Source of the DNA: Lachnospiraceae bacterium
GTDB taxonomy: Bacteria; Bacillota; Clostridia; Lachnospirales; Lachnospiraceae
Direction: 5' to 3'
DNA length: 64,000 bases
Assembly: GCA_017612555.1 (NCBI GenBank)
Contig: JAGAFR010000051.1
Coordinates: 31,233-95,232, forward strand
Made by a program: the position numbers and the translations under genes
Shown here: piece by piece, positions 62,350-64,000 of the stretch
Position numbering within the stretch: the stretch's first letter is position 1
How the letters are laid out: the number at the start of each line of letters is the position of its first letter
Notes under the pieces: generated by a model
Databases searched by the model: none
Told to the model about the DNA's origin: nothing
Seen by the model: the letters and a program-made list of their open reading frames with translations, nothing else

Positions 62350-64000
62350 TCACTGCGTTACAACTTTGTAGCTAAGAGACTTACTTCCCGTAAATTCTCC
62401 CATACCGCAGACCGTGATCTTGTATGAACCCGGCGCACCGTTATCTATACCGGAAACGGTTATGTTTGCCTTTCCTTTCTCATATTTTGCCTTACGGGGA
62501 TATATATACTTGTATACCGTTTGCCGGTCTCTTGTAGTGCAAGCCAGTTTTAGTATCTCAGCCCCCTGCAGTGCATCATCAAGAACCAGCACAACATCCT
62601 GCGACTGCGGATCCTTAACGCCGCTCTTTGGTATTGTGATCTTATTGTTCATCAGTGATACCGCCTTTCCGGGAAGTTTCTTTCCTTTTATCTTGACGGT
62701 TACGACAGCGGGCTTGTATGAGCCGTACTGTTCCTTGTAAGCATCCTTTAACTCCAGCGCGATATAGTACGTACCTGCATCATCCAGCATATTACCGGAC
62801 ACCGGGTCGGTCAGATTCTTGTCATGATAAGCAACAACCGGAGTCTTGATCCGATCAAACGGTACATCACTTCTTCCCGCTTTTAACAACTTGATATTAT
62901 TCGCATTGACAAACGTCGAGGCTGTGTAACCTGCGCCGCGGTAATAGTCACGCGAAGTATCCTTAAGAGTGGCTTTAAGCTGATTTTTCTCTTTTGAATA
63001 AGCGTACACCCTGGTACGGCATGTACTTCCTTCGACATAATCATATGTCGTGGCTTTGGCCGGTTTGACCGCTTTTGCCTCCACTTCTATCTCGTAAGTC
63101 TTATTCGAATTGTAAAGTTCCGCAAGGGCTGCGGTCGTTATCTCCGCACCGTCTTTGTAATAGTGTATCTCATAATCATTTGCGGATACTTTATTCCCGC
63201 TTGGCAGCAAAACGTTCGTCTTTAACGTTATACCTTTCTTTGCACTGCCGGCAAGCGGAACAAAGAACTTGTCGGTAGTAAGCCTTGCATCGGAAAAGTC
63301 TGCGGGAAGTATCGTGAACTTAACCACATATGACAGCTGCTTATAATTTCCTTTTCCTTTGATCGTCATTGTGGGCGGCTTTGCGGATGAGGGATCGCCA
63401 GCGTTCTTATTATTCTTGTAGGACACTGTATAGTCTACATCTTCACAAAGCAGCTTTCCGTCTTTGTCATGGATCACGAGACCTATGACCTTTGATCCGG
63501 TCTTGGTCGACGTTGTCGTCACAAGGTTCGTTGCGTTATAACGAACGTCTGCGACCGGATCGATCACAACATCGACATTTCCTTTTTTCTCCGGCGATCC
63601 GAACCATATGCCGCTCGGATCTGCGAGGACAAGCTCAAATATATCCTCCAGCCGCACATTTGCACCGTCAATACTCTTATATCTGCTTATATCGGTTTCA
63701 TCCGAATCGAGCGCAATGACAGTGTCATCATCGATCGTCAAAGGTATCGGTGTGCCGCTTTCAGTACCATTGTAGTAGGTGAAATAACCCTTCTCCGGAT
63801 CCACAAACAGCCTGGTGGGTTTTCCATCTTTGCGCAGACAGTAATCAAAACCGTTCCACTCGTCTTTTCTCTCATAAGCTGCGGAACACTCTTTTCCATC
63901 CGTACCCTTTGAGTACATCTTTACCTGCAGATCCGACGGAGACAGATAATCCCCGTTTTGTTTTTTGATGCCATCCTTCAGGCCAAACTTAACGTACACC
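62350..64000 (-). CDS. C-terminal part of a large surface protein built of Ig-like repeats (gene continues past right edge)
   Basis: The ORF is open to the window edge. It contains repeated beta-rich modules with the recurring pattern DYTVSYKNNKNAG...TIKGKGNYK, seen in Firmicute Ig-like/MBG-type adhesin repeats. The stop lies 10 nt before the SBP gene. Confidence 0.55.
   Translation of the reverse strand, partial: VYVKFGLKDGIKKQNGDYLSPSDLQVKMYSKGTDGKECSAAYERKDEWNGFDYCLRKDGKPTRLFVDPEKGYFTYYNGTESGTPIPLTIDDDTVIALDSDETDISRYKSIDGANVRLEDIFELVLADPSGIWFGSPEKKGNVDVVIDPVADVRYNATNLVTTTSTKTGSKVIGLVIHDKDGKLLCEDVDYTVSYKNNKNAGDPSSAKPPTMTIKGKGNYKQLSYVVKFTILPADFSDARLTTDKFFVPLAGSAKKGITLKTNVLLPSGNKVSANDYEIHYYKDGAEITTAALAELYNSNKTYEIEVEAKAVKPAKATTYDYVEGSTCRTRVYAYSKEKNQLKATLKDTSRDYYRGAGYTASTFVNANNIKLLKAGRSDVPFDRIKTPVVAYHDKNLTDPVSGNMLDDAGTYYIALELKDAYKEQYGSYKPAVVTVKIKGKKLPGKAVSLMNNKITIPKSGVKDPQSQDVVLVLDDALQGAEILKLACTTRDRQTVYKYIYPRKAKYEKGKANITVSGIDNGAPGSYKITVCGMGEFTGSKSLSYKVVTQ

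Noticed and set aside
1-64000. CRISPR arrays, tRNA/rRNA genes, IS elements, integrases, prophage or defence-island genes
   Set aside because: Scanning intergenic regions and ORF translations showed no direct-repeat/spacer arrays and no cloverleaf-like or rRNA-like segments. There were also no transposase, integrase, restriction-modification or toxin-antitoxin signatures. The only mobile-like feature is the internal tandem gene duplication.

Overview
This 64 kb window looks like a chromosomal segment from a low/medium-GC Firmicute. Gene content and motifs suggest Clostridia/Lachnospiraceae, but that is inference because no search was possible. About 85% of the coding sequence is on the minus strand, in very long, translationally coupled operons.

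Housekeeping blocks:
- ABC-F / B12-radical SAM / cinA / pgsA / rimO / rpoZ / gmk / yicC
- rqcH
- a BMP-type nucleoside ABC transporter plus xpt
- an FMN riboswitch, ribU and a stand-alone riboflavin kinase
- a shikimate/aromatic operon containing a three-domain AroE-AroK-AroQ fusion
- azlCD
- a UPF0104-pssA-psd lipid module

Accessory content:
- Four tandem paralogous genes (33.1-44.9 kb) encode secreted papain-like (C1) cysteine peptidases with Ig-like C-terminal domains. They head an ~18 kb co-oriented operon that continues through two hybrid histidine kinases, a membrane-GNAT fusion, an AlkD-like protein and an L,D-transpeptidase.
- A fifth, larger C1 peptidase lies at 6.3-11.0 kb.
- A signalling block (51.7-62.3 kb) runs solute-binding protein, HD-GYP, a 1400-aa propeller hybrid kinase with Hpt, and a receiver protein. 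It is coupled directly to phospholipid genes.
- A perfect Firmicute LexA (Cheo) box sits inside the promoter of an uncharacterised 100-aa ORF.
- Other items: an RsuA-type pseudouridine synthase fused to a Cys-cluster domain; a small disordered protein ending in a FliM-like LSQEEIDALI motif; a clostripain-like gene remnant; and a GuaA lacking its glutaminase domain.

I found no rRNA, tRNA, CRISPR array, transposase or integrase. All family calls rest on motif recognition by eye and need HMM or BLAST confirmation.
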